This document shows positions 16,360 to 28,893 of a stretch of DNA of 64,000 nucleotides, piece by piece. Position numbers and translations under genes: made by a program. Every line of letters starts with the position of its first letter. Positions within the stretch are counted from its first letter, which is position 1. This stretch comes from a bacterium (lineage in GTDB: Bacteria > JACRDZ01 > JAQUKH01): NCBI GenBank assembly GCA_028719205.1, contig JAQUKH010000001.1, forward strand, positions 80,603 to 144,602. The letters run 5' to 3'. A model generated the notes under the pieces. That model was not told the DNA's origin and made no database searches. It saw only the letters and a program-made list of their open reading frames with translations.

Positions 16360-19146
16360 TCAATTCTCTTTTAGAACTATACCAATTAATTCTTCAATAT
16401 ATTTATGATATTTTTTTGGTAAATTTTTAAAACGCCGCTGACATTCTTTAGTTGCTGACTCTTTATTTTGATATTCTTTTATCACATCAACAACATTTTG
16501 GTAATACTCATTTAAACGCTGAACAAGTAATTCACTCTGCTCAGGGTCATTTGTAAGTTTCGAGGCTGTTGATTTGATATCCCATACATTTTCGGAAAGT
16601 TTCTGGAAACAAATTCCTTTAAACCTTGAACCTACAGTTCCTCTGGCCTGATTAAGCATACTTGCTGTATTTTCTATTACAAAATTATTGCTTCTCATAA
16701 TTTTCAGAAATTCCTCATCTTCAACATTTTCAAATATTTCCATATGTTCTTTTAATGATATATTATTCTCAATACCAGCTGTCTTTGGCAAACAGATATC
16801 TTCCTCTCTGATAACAGCTTTTTCCGATAAAGCTATGGCATTGAGCACTACGCTTCTCAAATCCCTTACATTCCCAGGCCAGGAATAGGAATTAAGTTTT
16901 ATCTTAGCTTCATCATTAAATTCTTTTCCAGGAGCGTTGGATATTTTTACAAAATATTCCGCCAATAATAAAATATCGTCTTTTCTTTCTCTTAAAGGCA
17001 CCAATTCTATAGTATGAACTTTTAACCTGTAATATAAGTCTTCTCTAAATCTTTTATTTGCTATCTCATCTTCAATATTTTTATTGGTAGCGGCAATAAT
17101 TCTAATATCTACTTTTATCGGGATAGTGTCCGTTCTTCCGACTTTATCAATAGTTTTCTGTTCCAAAACCCTTAATATCTTCGCCTGCAAATCATACTTC
17201 ATATCTCCTATTTCATCTAAAAACACAGTACTCTTATCTGCCAGTTCAAATAATCCTTTTTTATCACTAATCGCGCCTGAAAATGCTCCTTTTTTATGCC
17301 CGAACATCTCGCTTTCTAAAAGCGTTTCAGGCACAGAAGGTACATTAATCTCTATCATTGTTTTATCACTTCTTGAACTCATTTTATGTATTGCCTCGGC
17401 AAATAATTGTTTACCTGTACCTGTTTCTCCCAGAATAATAACCGGCTCTTCGCTCATCGCGAACTTTTTAGCGGTTTGAAATAATTCAAGCATTTGCTTG
17501 TTCTGAGTTACAATACCAAAAGACCTGCATTCATCTATAAGTTTTCTCATCTCTTTGGCAGGTTTTTCATAAATATTGATAAATGGCTTTGTGGTTTTTT
17601 TTGATAATTTTATAATCTTCTCTAAAAGATCATTACGTTCCTTTTCTAATTTATTAATATTATTTTTGTCCGTTTTTATGCTATCTTCCAACTGCTTGAC
17701 TTTGTTTTGAAAATCTTTTTTTTCTTCATTAATATATGCTTCATAATCCAATAATTTATCCTGCATATCTTCCAGTATTTCTTTTTTCCGGAACAGATCA
17801 TTATTAATATTTTTAAGGTTTTGCATAAGCTGTTCAATTTCTTTTCCTCTTATCAAATAATCTCCCAGCAAATTCACGCTCCCAAAAATAAAAAGTCCCA
17901 TAAGCGGATAAAGATCAGCCAGCGATATTCCTGAAATTATAAAAAGTGAGTATGATAAAACAAGATATATTGGGATCCCGATAATAGACGACAAGAAAAC
18001 TATTATTCCATTAGCTCTCACAGATAATAATCCAATTATAGATATCAGAATGATCATTATGACAAAGCTGTAAAATATGGGGACTTCCCTGATAAAATTA
18101 CCGCTTAGTATAGTATAAAGAATATGAGAATGGATACCTATCCCCGGGTAATTAGTATCTATTGGAACATTATGAACGTCCTTATTAACCGAAGAAGCGT
18201 TTCCGACAAGGCATATTTTGTCTTTTAATCTTTCAGAAAGTTCCTTTTCCCGTTCAGGTTTCCCTTCCGGGTTAAGAACAGTAACATACCAGAATGGTTC
18301 TAAATAATCATGTTCATTCACATTCCATGGCTTTATGTAATTGATCCACATCTCGCCCTTATCGTTAATAGGAATAACAAGATCCATTATTTTTCCATCA
18401 GGGTATTTTGCCTCCGGAAGAATTATTGAATGCCCGGGTTTAACTATGATTTTATCTTTTGGTACCTGAAGATAATCACAGGCCAGTAAAAGATTCACTG
18501 AAGGGAAAAGATTACCGTCAATATCAATTAAAAGAGCTGCCTTACGGAAAACATCATTTTTCTCATTTTCTTCATTTCCTGTGCTAATGTGACCAATACC
18601 TTTTGCCGCTTTTGCAAGGTCATCATTTAGTAATGAACCATTTCCGGAAAACCAGAAACTTTCCGGTATACTATTTATTGTTAAAAAATTCTTTTTTATT
18701 ATTTCTATGAAGGGTAGCGGGTATTTGTCTAAAGTAAATGCCTCGTTTTTATTTTTAACTAAATTAAAACTTACCGGCCAATAGACATTTCCTGCCTCGT
18801 TAGTCGCGTTGATCAATGAAAGCGGGATATCACCTCTCAGTATGAAATCATAAAAGATTTCTTTAACGCCATAACTTTTCAATTTATTGATCATTTTAGC
18901 GTGTAGATCAGGGGTAGGATAACCAATTTGCGGGATTGTTTTTACGTCGTCCACTGAAATAGTAACTATTTGTTTTTTTATTTTGAATGGGTCGGAACGA
19001 AGATTCCCGCAGATTTTAAGTTTAAGATCATAAAGTTTATTATTTAACGATTGAATAGGTGGGATAAAGATACCTATAAAAACTAATAGTAAACACAGGA
19101 ATAGAATATAAAATCTAGTGTTAATACCGGAAATTTTATTCTCCAT
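16360..19146 (-). CDS. sigma-54-dependent transcriptional activator (bacterial enhancer-binding protein) with N-terminal CHASE2 extracytoplasmic sensor, TM segments, coiled coil, AAA+ sigma-54 interaction domain and Fis-type HTH
   Basis: GETGTGKQLFAEAIH Walker A; GAFSGA (GAFTGA variant); ESEMFGH; C-terminal NTASMLNQARGTVGSRFKGI HTH. Confidence 0.8.
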   Translation of the reverse strand: MENKISGINTRFYILFLCLLLVFIGIFIPPIQSLNNKLYDLKLKICGNLRSDPFKIKKQIVTISVDDVKTIPQIGYPTPDLHAKMINKLKSYGVKEIFYDFILRGDIPLSLINATNEAGNVYWPVSFNLVKNKNEAFTLDKYPLPFIEIIKKNFLTINSIPESFWFSGNGSLLNDDLAKAAKGIGHISTGNEENEKNDVFRKAALLIDIDGNLFPSVNLLLACDYLQVPKDKIIVKPGHSIILPEAKYPDGKIMDLVIPINDKGEMWINYIKPWNVNEHDYLEPFWYVTVLNPEGKPEREKELSERLKDKICLVGNASSVNKDVHNVPIDTNYPGIGIHSHILYTILSGNFIREVPIFYSFVIMIILISIIGLLSVRANGIIVFLSSIIGIPIYLVLSYSLFIISGISLADLYPLMGLFIFGSVNLLGDYLIRGKEIEQLMQNLKNINNDLFRKKEILEDMQDKLLDYEAYINEEKKDFQNKVKQLEDSIKTDKNNINKLEKERNDLLEKIIKLSKKTTKPFINIYEKPAKEMRKLIDECRSFGIVTQNKQMLELFQTAKKFAMSEEPVIILGETGTGKQLFAEAIHKMSSRSDKTMIEINVPSVPETLLESEMFGHKKGAFSGAISDKKGLFELADKSTVFLDEIGDMKYDLQAKILRVLEQKTIDKVGRTDTIPIKVDIRIIAATNKNIEDEIANKRFREDLYYRLKVHTIELVPLRERKDDILLLAEYFVKISNAPGKEFNDEAKIKLNSYSWPGNVRDLRSVVLNAIALSEKAVIREEDICLPKTAGIENNISLKEHMEIFENVEDEEFLKIMRSNNFVIENTASMLNQARGTVGSRFKGICFQKLSENVWDIKSTASKLTNDPEQSELLVQRLNEYYQNVVDVIKEYQNKESATKECQRRFKNLPKKYHKYIEELIGIVLKEN

Positions 19147-19406
19147 ATTTAATTTTTAAGAATAATATTATGGTGCAAAATTTTATTAATTATACTTTAT
19201 ATTTTTTTGCCTGTAAAGCGCTCTTTTGAACAACTTTTGTTAAATACAATTTTTGTGGATTTTGCTAACATAAAAAAACACTGTAAATTTAAAGATACAT
19301 CTTCAAATTCGCAGTGTTCTAATATTTCCAGCGTCCGTTTTTTGAACTTTTTTCCAATTTCAGGCCTAATGCAAACAAAATCCTATCACTACAAGCCCTT
19401 TTTATT

Positions 19407-19433
19407 CTATGCTCTTTGCGCCATGCTCTATGC
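19407..19433. repeat. family-2 heptad repeat (CYWTGCN)n immediately 3' of tRNA-Val
   Basis: ctatgctctttgcgccatgctctatgc; related copies at 25111-25144 and 48259-48301. Confidence 0.6.
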
Positions 19434-19439
19434 TTTTAT

Positions 19440-19516
19440 TGGTGGGCGATACTGGACTTGAACCAGTGACCTCCCCGATGTGAACGGGGCACTCTAACCA
19501 GCTGAGCTAATCGCCC
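19440..19516 (-). tRNA. tRNA-Val (anticodon CAC), 77 nt, CCA encoded
   Basis: Manual cloverleaf: acceptor GGGCGAT/ATCGCCC, anticodon stem CCCCG/CGGGG, loop TTCACAT, T-loop TTCAAGT. Confidence 0.85.
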
Positions 19517-19545
19517 ATTTTCAAATTTATAAGTTGAAAACTATT

Positions 19546-20307
19546 CTACTTTACAGCGCCGGAATGATAATCAACCATATAATCTTTTTCATAAGCGGAC
19601 TCATTATAAATCCACCAGGGCGCAGATTCAACCCAGATCTGCTTGATCCTTTTTGTTATATCGTCGACTGTTTTTGTTTCACCGTATATTTGTAATATAT
19701 AACCGTCTTTTTTAATTTTATTTATATAATCTTCGGATTTATGGCTATAAGTTAATATATCATTTTTAAAAATATTATCAGTCTCCTGCCATATTAATTC
19801 AGAAATTGCAGTATCACCCCTTGAAAAATAGTGTCTTCTAAAACTTTTTCTGATCCTTTTTTTACCGTTAGGCAAAATGTCGACATTCTCTTTTTCTGTA
19901 TTTGGATCCTTTAACGGAAATGCCGGGAGATCATATAACCGCGCGAAAATATTTTTATCCATCACAGGCGCAATTACCTCTTCCATATTAACTAATGTAA
20001 CTTTATTTTTATCTGTACAGGTAATTTCTTTTAAAATAAATTTATCTTTATTAACGATTATTTTAATATTGCCATTCACATCCTTTGATGAAGCGAAAAT
20101 TACTAAATATTCTTCTTTGTTAAATTCAATTTTATTAATAACTTCATATTTCCAATATTGGATTTTACTTGAATTACTTTCTAAATCATCAATTGCGGTT
20201 ATTTCTCTTCGCACTGTCCAATTATCACCAACTTCCATCGATGGAACAAATTCTTCAGCGGATGAAACAGAAAATAACATTAATAGAAATATAATTATTT
20301 TTTTCAT
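19546..20307 (-). CDS. hypothetical secreted protein
   Basis: Signal peptide MKKIIIFLLMLFSVSSA (internal start chosen to avoid overlap with pyrG); no recognisable domain. Confidence 0.45.
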   Translation of the reverse strand: MKKIIIFLLMLFSVSSAEEFVPSMEVGDNWTVRREITAIDDLESNSSKIQYWKYEVINKIEFNKEEYLVIFASSKDVNGNIKIIVNKDKFILKEITCTDKNKVTLVNMEEVIAPVMDKNIFARLYDLPAFPLKDPNTEKENVDILPNGKKRIRKSFRRHYFSRGDTAISELIWQETDNIFKNDILTYSHKSEDYINKIKKDGYILQIYGETKTVDDITKRIKQIWVESAPWWIYNESAYEKDYMVDYHSGAVK

Positions 20308-20311
20308 TATT

Positions 20312-22658
<2,347 letters not shown>

Positions 22659-22662
<4 letters not shown>

Positions 22663-23141
22663 TTATTTTTATATCTTTCTCTAATTATTTTTATTATTTC
22701 GCTTGTTCCTAAACCTTTTTCCAAACGTATTCTTCTAACTTTTCCTCCGCCTTTTATCACAATATCCGAGCCCGCGATCTCTGAAACTTCATAATCAGCA
22801 CCTTTTACCAGTATATCGGGCTTTAATAATTTAATTAAATTATAAGGAGTACTTTCAGAAAATAACACTACATAATCAACCATATCTAAAGATGCCATTA
22901 TTTCCGCGCGGTCTTTTTCAGGAATGATCGGCCTGTCCGGCCCTTTTATAGTTTTAACAGAGGAATCGGTATTCAGGCCGATTACAAGGATATCTCCGCA
23001 TTTTTTCGCCTTTTTTAAATAACGGATGTGGCCGCGATGTAAAATATCAAAACACCCGTTAGTAAAAACAATAATTTTATTCTTTTTTTTCTCTTTATCT
23101 AATATGCTTTTTAAAATATTTTTAGAAATTATTTTTCCCAT
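22659..23141 (-). CDS. hldC: D-glycero-beta-D-manno-heptose 1-phosphate adenylyltransferase (RfaE domain II-like cytidylyltransferase)
   Basis: FTNGCFDILHRGHIRYL. Confidence 0.8.
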
Positions 23142-24142
23142 CCAACCCTTTCAATTTCTATTTCATGAAGTATTTCTTTTGTTGTTAAAGTGGCTGTCCC
23201 AACTTTTCCAATTACGATACTCGCGGCCAAATTTCCAATGTACGCTGATTCAAACGTACTGGCGCCTGATGCCAGCGATAAACTTAACGCGCTGATCACC
23301 GTGTCACCCGCGCCCGTTACATCAAATACTTCTTTTGCCATAGCAGGAATATGAAAATACTCCTTATCGTTACCGAAATAACTCATCCCATCTTCACCCT
23401 GCGTTATTAAAATACCTTTGCAATTCAACTCTGTAAGGAGTTTATTCGCGGCTAATTTTAGTGTTATTTTATCTACTATAGGGATACCCGCCGCGAAACC
23501 TGCTTCATGATGATTTGGTGTCAGGCAGGTTACTTCCTGATATGAATGGAAATGGTCGACCTGAGGGTCAACCAGAATATTTTTATTATGTTTTTTGCCC
23601 AAAGCTATTATATCTTTGATCAATTCAGGAGTAACGACTCCTTTCGCGTAATCAGAAATAATAATAATATCTATTGTTTTTACCGCGTTATTAATATAAA
23701 AAAGCAATTTATCCCTGATATTATCTTTAACTTTATCTTTTTTTTCTCTGTCTAAACGGACAACCTGTTGATTATGCGCGATAATTCTTGTTTTTAATGT
23801 TGTAGGCCTTTCATTATCTATTATTATGCCGTCAGTATTAATATCCTTTTTCCCCATTTCTGAAAAAACAGTTTTACCGATATCATCATTGCCAACCACT
23901 CCTGATAAATAAACTTTGCCTCCAAGGGCGTGTATATTATTGACTACATTTGTTGCCCCGCCTAAAGTATATGATTCCCTTGAAATATTTACGATCGGGA
24001 CAGGAGCTTCAGGAGAAATACGGTTCACGGATCCCCAAATATATTTATCTACCATAATATCACCAAAAACTAAAACTTTTTTACCGCTGAATGAATTTAG
24101 TATTTTTTTAATTCTCTCTGTATCTATTTTATTTTTATTCAT
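23129..24142 (-). CDS. hldA: D-glycero-beta-D-manno-heptose-7-phosphate kinase (PfkB family, RfaE domain I)
   Basis: PfkB sugar-kinase motifs; GAGD near C-terminus. Confidence 0.8.
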   Translation of the reverse strand: MNKNKIDTERIKKILNSFSGKKVLVFGDIMVDKYIWGSVNRISPEAPVPIVNISRESYTLGGATNVVNNIHALGGKVYLSGVVGNDDIGKTVFSEMGKKDINTDGIIIDNERPTTLKTRIIAHNQQVVRLDREKKDKVKDNIRDKLLFYINNAVKTIDIIIISDYAKGVVTPELIKDIIALGKKHNKNILVDPQVDHFHSYQEVTCLTPNHHEAGFAAGIPIVDKITLKLAANKLLTELNCKGILITQGEDGMSYFGNDKEYFHIPAMAKEVFDVTGAGDTVISALSLSLASGASTFESAYIGNLAASIVIGKVGTATLTTKEILHEIEIERVGWEK

Positions 24143-25092
24143 TTTTTTGCCTTTTTTAATTCAGATTTTATACTTGCCGCTAAAAGCGGAAGCATAAACT
24201 CATGATGGCCTGTAAAACTATATCCTTTTCCCCCGTTCATTGTCGGCCTTTCAATAATATTCTTATTTGGCCGGTAATGCTGGATCTGATCAAAATTAAC
24301 CGCTGTAAAATTTTCAACTTTATTATTAAGGTTTCTCGCGATCGTTAAAGCCTTCAGGAACACCTCTGGCAATATAACCGCTGAACCAAAATTACAAACT
24401 ACCCCGTTTTCCATATTTGAAACAATCCCGCAAAAAAGCTTAAAATCCAAAAAGCTACCTTGCCCAATTGCTTTTCCGTCAGCCTCAGGATGCTGATGAA
24501 TAATATCTGTGCCAATGGCGACATGAACAGTAACCGGAATATCTAATCGCTTACCCCAATACAAAATGCTGTTTTTACGATTTGGAAGTTTTATTTTTTC
24601 TATTTCACTGCCTAAAGAATATCCAATCCCGGAATTATTTTTATATCCATTATTAATCGCGGTATTCATCAGGTATCCGGTTTCTTCTACCATTCCGAAA
24701 CTCCCGTTTTTCAGATTTTCAGAAACATCCTCCGATGTACCCCCGCCAAAAGCAATCTCAAAATCATGGATACTGCCCGCGCCGTTTAAGGCTACCCCGC
24801 TTATAATACCATTCTTCATCAGATCTATGATTAATGGTGACAGCCCGCATTTTATTACGTGCCCTCCGAGAAGAAAAACAATTGTTTTCTTTTGTTTAAA
24901 TGCTTTCACAAAAGATTTTATCACTTCTCTAAAATTGTGTCCAGCGTGAATATCAGGCAATGAATTATAAAAGCTGTTAAATGACCCGTTATTAACAAAA
25001 GGTTTTGCAAAATTACTGTCTGAAACCAGATTTTTTCTTTCTTTTATTGAATATGTTTTTACTTTTTTTAAATCTACTGCCTTATATTTCAT
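24139..25092 (-). CDS. conserved hypothetical protein (Rossmann-like; family not confidently assigned)
   Basis: ORF with GGHVIKCGLSPLIIDL...NGAGSIHDFE; no confident family call. Confidence 0.4.
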   Translation of the reverse strand: MKYKAVDLKKVKTYSIKERKNLVSDSNFAKPFVNNGSFNSFYNSLPDIHAGHNFREVIKSFVKAFKQKKTIVFLLGGHVIKCGLSPLIIDLMKNGIISGVALNGAGSIHDFEIAFGGGTSEDVSENLKNGSFGMVEETGYLMNTAINNGYKNNSGIGYSLGSEIEKIKLPNRKNSILYWGKRLDIPVTVHVAIGTDIIHQHPEADGKAIGQGSFLDFKLFCGIVSNMENGVVCNFGSAVILPEVFLKALTIARNLNNKVENFTAVNFDQIQHYRPNKNIIERPTMNGGKGYSFTGHHEFMLPLLAASIKSELKKAKK

Positions 25093-25110
25093 CTATCTAT
25101 TCCCTTCCTT

Positions 25111-25144
25111 CCTTGCCCCATGCTCCATGCCCTATGCTCTTTGC
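25111..25144. repeat. family-2 heptad repeat
   Basis: ccttgccccatgctccatgccctatgctctttgc. Confidence 0.6.
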
Positions 25145-25148
25145 TTGT

Positions 25149-25901
25149 TTACTCCCCTTCAACATAATCGATCAAGGTTCCTGTTATATTTCCATACGTT
25201 GTGCTGCACTTGATAAAAACAGGTATTTTCCTGTCATCATCCGTAAACCAGATCCATAAATTAACCTTATTTTTTAAGTAGTTACGTTCCTTCTTCCCGA
25301 CTGATAAAGTTACAACATTTGTATTAAAATCGCCTACCGGTGTTTTTATCAATTCTTTTCTTATAACACTTACTTTTAGAATATCTACTTCTGTTCCAGA
25401 AAAATATTTTATTTCGATTATATCATTTAACTTAATATCTAAAGTACGAAAATATCCCAGAATAGAAAGAGGATCCTGAACACCTTTTGATATCTCATAA
25501 CGCTCTGATAGTGTATTTACAATTCCATTATTTTGATCAAATTCATAATCAGCTTTTTTATGGTACTTACCTTCATTTATATCTTTTTTATAAAGCATTG
25601 GTAAAAGAGTTTCAGTATCTATATATGTTTCCACCCGGTCTTTAACTGAAAAAATAGCATTAACTACCCCCTGGGTAAAAGTTTGTGAAACAACACGATA
25701 CGCGTTTTGTGACCGTATCTTTGTAATTTCGTCTAATTCAACAATATCAACTCCTATCCTGATACCATTCCATTTTATAGCGTAAATCATCCGCTCGCCG
25801 ACCTTATAATTATTTTTAGCGCAAACACATTCAGTTAATGTATTGTTCCCGATAAATAAATATAACGCTAAAATAATAATTATAGGATTTTTTAATGGCA
25901 T
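25149..25901 (-). CDS. secreted hypothetical protein (possibly DUF3108-like)
   Basis: Signal peptide; weak resemblance only. Confidence 0.4.
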   Translation of the reverse strand: MPLKNPIIIILALYLFIGNNTLTECVCAKNNYKVGERMIYAIKWNGIRIGVDIVELDEITKIRSQNAYRVVSQTFTQGVVNAIFSVKDRVETYIDTETLLPMLYKKDINEGKYHKKADYEFDQNNGIVNTLSERYEISKGVQDPLSILGYFRTLDIKLNDIIEIKYFSGTEVDILKVSVIRKELIKTPVGDFNTNVVTLSVGKKERNYLKNKVNLWIWFTDDDRKIPVFIKCSTTYGNITGTLIDYVEGE

Positions 25902-25912
25902 CTTTTATTTCT

Positions 25913-26773
25913 TTATTCTGTTTTATATTTAAAAAATCCTTCCCCTGTTTTTACGCCTAATTTATTTTCTTTAACCATCTTACGGATGGTCTCAACCGCG
26001 TGGTACCGTTCGTTCTTATATTCATCATGAACAATATCCGCGACTTTCAGGCATAGATCCAATCCAAGATTATCCATTAAAGCCAGAGGACCCATTGGCA
26101 GTCCCATTCCCAACTGCGCGGCCCGGTCAATCTCTTCTTTTGTCGCGATCCCTTCATCTAAAAGTATTATCGCTTCATTTAGAAAAGGGACAAGCAGCCT
26201 GTTTACTATAAATCCGGCGCCGTCTTTTGAAGTAACTATTTTCTTTTTTAAACCGGCTGTAAAAAAATTTGTTACTGTATTAATTGTTACGCTTGATGTT
26301 CCTGAAATAGGCACTACCTCTATAAGACGGGAAAGGAATACCGGATTAAAAAAATGAGAACCTAATATTTTATCCTTTCTTTTAACTGCCGCAGCTATTT
26401 TTGTAATAGGAATGGCAGATGTATTTGAAGCAAATATTACGTTTTCCGGACAGATATTATCAAGTATGTAAAACACTTCTCTTTTAATATCCAGATCTTC
26501 TTTAACCGATTCTATGATCATATCGCAATCCCTGACATCTTTATAATCAAGCGTTGCTTTCACCTTGGATAAAATTTTATCAGCCTCATCTCCGGTCATA
26601 CGCCCTTTATTTTTTCTATCCTGAATAAAATTAGTAATATTAGTAAGCCCTTTTTCCAGATTTTCCTTATAAACATCTTTCAAAACAACTTCAAAGCCAT
26701 GGTAAGCAATATAAAGAGCAATTTCCGATCCCATCTTACCTGCGCCAATTATGCCAACTTTTTTTATCTCCAT
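25913..26773 (-). CDS. 3-hydroxyacyl-CoA dehydrogenase family protein (3-hydroxybutyryl-CoA dehydrogenase-like)
   Basis: VGIIGAGKMGSEIA Rossmann motif; 3HCDH N- and C-terminal regions. Confidence 0.85.
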   Translation of the reverse strand: MEIKKVGIIGAGKMGSEIALYIAYHGFEVVLKDVYKENLEKGLTNITNFIQDRKNKGRMTGDEADKILSKVKATLDYKDVRDCDMIIESVKEDLDIKREVFYILDNICPENVIFASNTSAIPITKIAAAVKRKDKILGSHFFNPVFLSRLIEVVPISGTSSVTINTVTNFFTAGLKKKIVTSKDGAGFIVNRLLVPFLNEAIILLDEGIATKEEIDRAAQLGMGLPMGPLALMDNLGLDLCLKVADIVHDEYKNERYHAVETIRKMVKENKLGVKTGEGFFKYKTE

Positions 26774-26788
26774 TGCTATCCTTTCTTT

Positions 26789-27688
26789 TTAATCTTCTTT
26801 TTTTTGCTGTCCCTCGGTTTTACCAGTTCTCCAGCGGTTATGCAGCCAAAAATATTGTTCAGGATAAAGTCTTACATATTTTTCAAGAAGTTTATTAAAT
26901 TGATATAAATATTTATCATCATCCAGTGAACCAACTGTTATAGGTTTTTCAAAGATCATCTTGTGGCTGATCTTATCACTTTGGCGTACAATAAAACAAG
27001 GGATAAGCGGTGATCCGAATTTTCTCGCGAAAACCACAGGGCCTCGCGCGGTTAGCGCCTCTTTACCCATAAAATCTACCCATAACCCATGAAGCCTTGC
27101 TTCCTGGTCGTCAGCAATACCCACAATACCATTTTGTTTTAAAATATGAATTATCTCCCTTACTTCCATTTTAACACCAATTACATTAATATTTTTACTT
27201 TCCCTGTACTTTAATACAACATTGTTTAAATAATAATTGTGAAGGTTCTTAGATACCTGGCTTATAGGATAACCTCTAAGCCCGACAGCGGCCGCGGAAA
27301 ACTCCCAATTTCCGAAATGGCCCGCAATAATTATTACACCATGGCCTTGAGCAAGTGAATCTTTGAGATATTCTTCATTTTCAATTTTTATATATTTAAA
27401 AAGGTTTTCTTTATTATATCTGGGATATCTTAGAAATTCTATTAAGGACATACCCAGATTTCTATAGCAGCCTTTACATATCTTTTTAATTTCCGCGGGA
27501 TCTTTTTCATTTTTGAACGCGATCAAAAGATTATTCATGGCAACTTTTTTTCTTATCGGCAGGCAATAATAAACAAATATGCCTAACGAGTCTCCTAGAA
27601 ATATAGCTGTTTTTATGGGAAGCATTTGTACTATCAGTCCGATAAAATATACAATGGAATATTCCAGGAAATAACGTATTTTTTTCAT
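26789..27688 (-). CDS. lpxL: lipid A biosynthesis lauroyl/myristoyl acyltransferase (LpxL/HtrB family)
   Basis: HFGNWE motif region, family length. Confidence 0.75.
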   Translation of the reverse strand: MKKIRYFLEYSIVYFIGLIVQMLPIKTAIFLGDSLGIFVYYCLPIRKKVAMNNLLIAFKNEKDPAEIKKICKGCYRNLGMSLIEFLRYPRYNKENLFKYIKIENEEYLKDSLAQGHGVIIIAGHFGNWEFSAAAVGLRGYPISQVSKNLHNYYLNNVVLKYRESKNINVIGVKMEVREIIHILKQNGIVGIADDQEARLHGLWVDFMGKEALTARGPVVFARKFGSPLIPCFIVRQSDKISHKMIFEKPITVGSLDDDKYLYQFNKLLEKYVRLYPEQYFWLHNRWRTGKTEGQQKKED

Positions 27689-28788
27689 TTTAATATTTTT
27701 TTTATTCTTTCCTTCAGGATCTCTTCTCCGGAAATTATCTTTAATTTTATTGAGAGAAATAGAATATCATCTTCAAATTTTATATTATAAAGCCTGATGC
27801 TGTCCTTTTCAGTCGTTATAATAATATCAGAATTCAATGATACTTTTCGTTTAATGATATCGTTTATATCTTTTTCACTGAAAGAATAATGGTCAGGATA
27901 AATTAAATGATCTAAAAGTAAAACATTAATATTTTTCAGCGTTCTCGCAAAACTATCGGGATTTCCAATACCGGAAAAAGCTATACATTTATTTTTTGAA
28001 ACATATTCAATCGAATATTCGTTTTTTGTTTTTAAACTGATAAATTTATCAGCCAGAAAGATTCCTTCAATAATAACCGCGTGATCAACTATTGATTTTA
28101 TTATATCAATAATTTTATTTTTTTCCGTAAAAGATATCAGATCCACTTTGGTAATAAGAAAAATATCCGCCCTTTTTAGGCTATCGATCTTTTCCCTTAA
28201 AATACCGGCGGGAAACACCTTATAATTACCAAAAGGATTCAACGCGTCAATTACCGCGATATTTAAATCTCTTTTGAGTGAAATATGCTGGAACCCGTCA
28301 TCTAAAAGAATAACATCAGTATCAAATTTATCATATAACAAAGAACCTGATTTTGCCCTGTTTGATCCGATAATTACAGGAATCCTCCCGTTAATATTAT
28401 TTTTTATGAGCAGTGGTTCATCTCCGGTAATATTATAATCCGTAATATCGTTTTTATTTAACAGAACTATGGTATTATTTTTATTTTCTCTGCCATAACC
28501 TCTGGTCAAGATCCCGGTTTTATATCTTTCCTTGTATAAATATTCCGCCAGCCAGATAATAAACGGCGTTTTACCTGTTCCACCTAATGTTACGTTCCCC
28601 ACGCTTATTACCGGTACATACAGCTTATTTGTTTTAAATAATCCTATTGAATAAAAAATATTTCTTATTTTAAAAGAAAAAATATATATTACTGATAATA
28701 TAAATAAAATACCCCTAATAAAAAAGGAGATAAGACCTCTCCTTTTCCCTGAAATAATATCAAAATAATAGCTTATTACTCTGTTCAT
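27685..28788 (-). CDS. lpxK: tetraacyldisaccharide 4'-kinase
   Basis: VISVGNVTLGGTGKTP P-loop. Confidence 0.85.
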   Translation of the reverse strand: MNRVISYYFDIISGKRRGLISFFIRGILFILSVIYIFSFKIRNIFYSIGLFKTNKLYVPVISVGNVTLGGTGKTPFIIWLAEYLYKERYKTGILTRGYGRENKNNTIVLLNKNDITDYNITGDEPLLIKNNINGRIPVIIGSNRAKSGSLLYDKFDTDVILLDDGFQHISLKRDLNIAVIDALNPFGNYKVFPAGILREKIDSLKRADIFLITKVDLISFTEKNKIIDIIKSIVDHAVIIEGIFLADKFISLKTKNEYSIEYVSKNKCIAFSGIGNPDSFARTLKNINVLLLDHLIYPDHYSFSEKDINDIIKRKVSLNSDIIITTEKDSIRLYNIKFEDDILFLSIKLKIISGEEILKERIKKILK

Positions 28789-28893
28789 TAATGTTATGTA
28801 ATATAACTTAATTATTAATTTATGTCAAGAGTCAGAAAAAATATGTTAAAATACCGTTAATTATCAGTATTAAAACATCCGATAAAAAATTTT

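Noticed and set aside
16076-16408. 110-aa plus-strand ORF in the spacer between the EBP and caspase genes
   Set aside because: It spans the predicted sigma-54 promoter and UAS. The translation is Asn/Ile-rich junk. A regulatory region is a better explanation.
19207-19461. 84-aa plus-strand ORF
   Set aside because: Overlaps the tRNA-Val gene and the family-2 repeat; non-coding.
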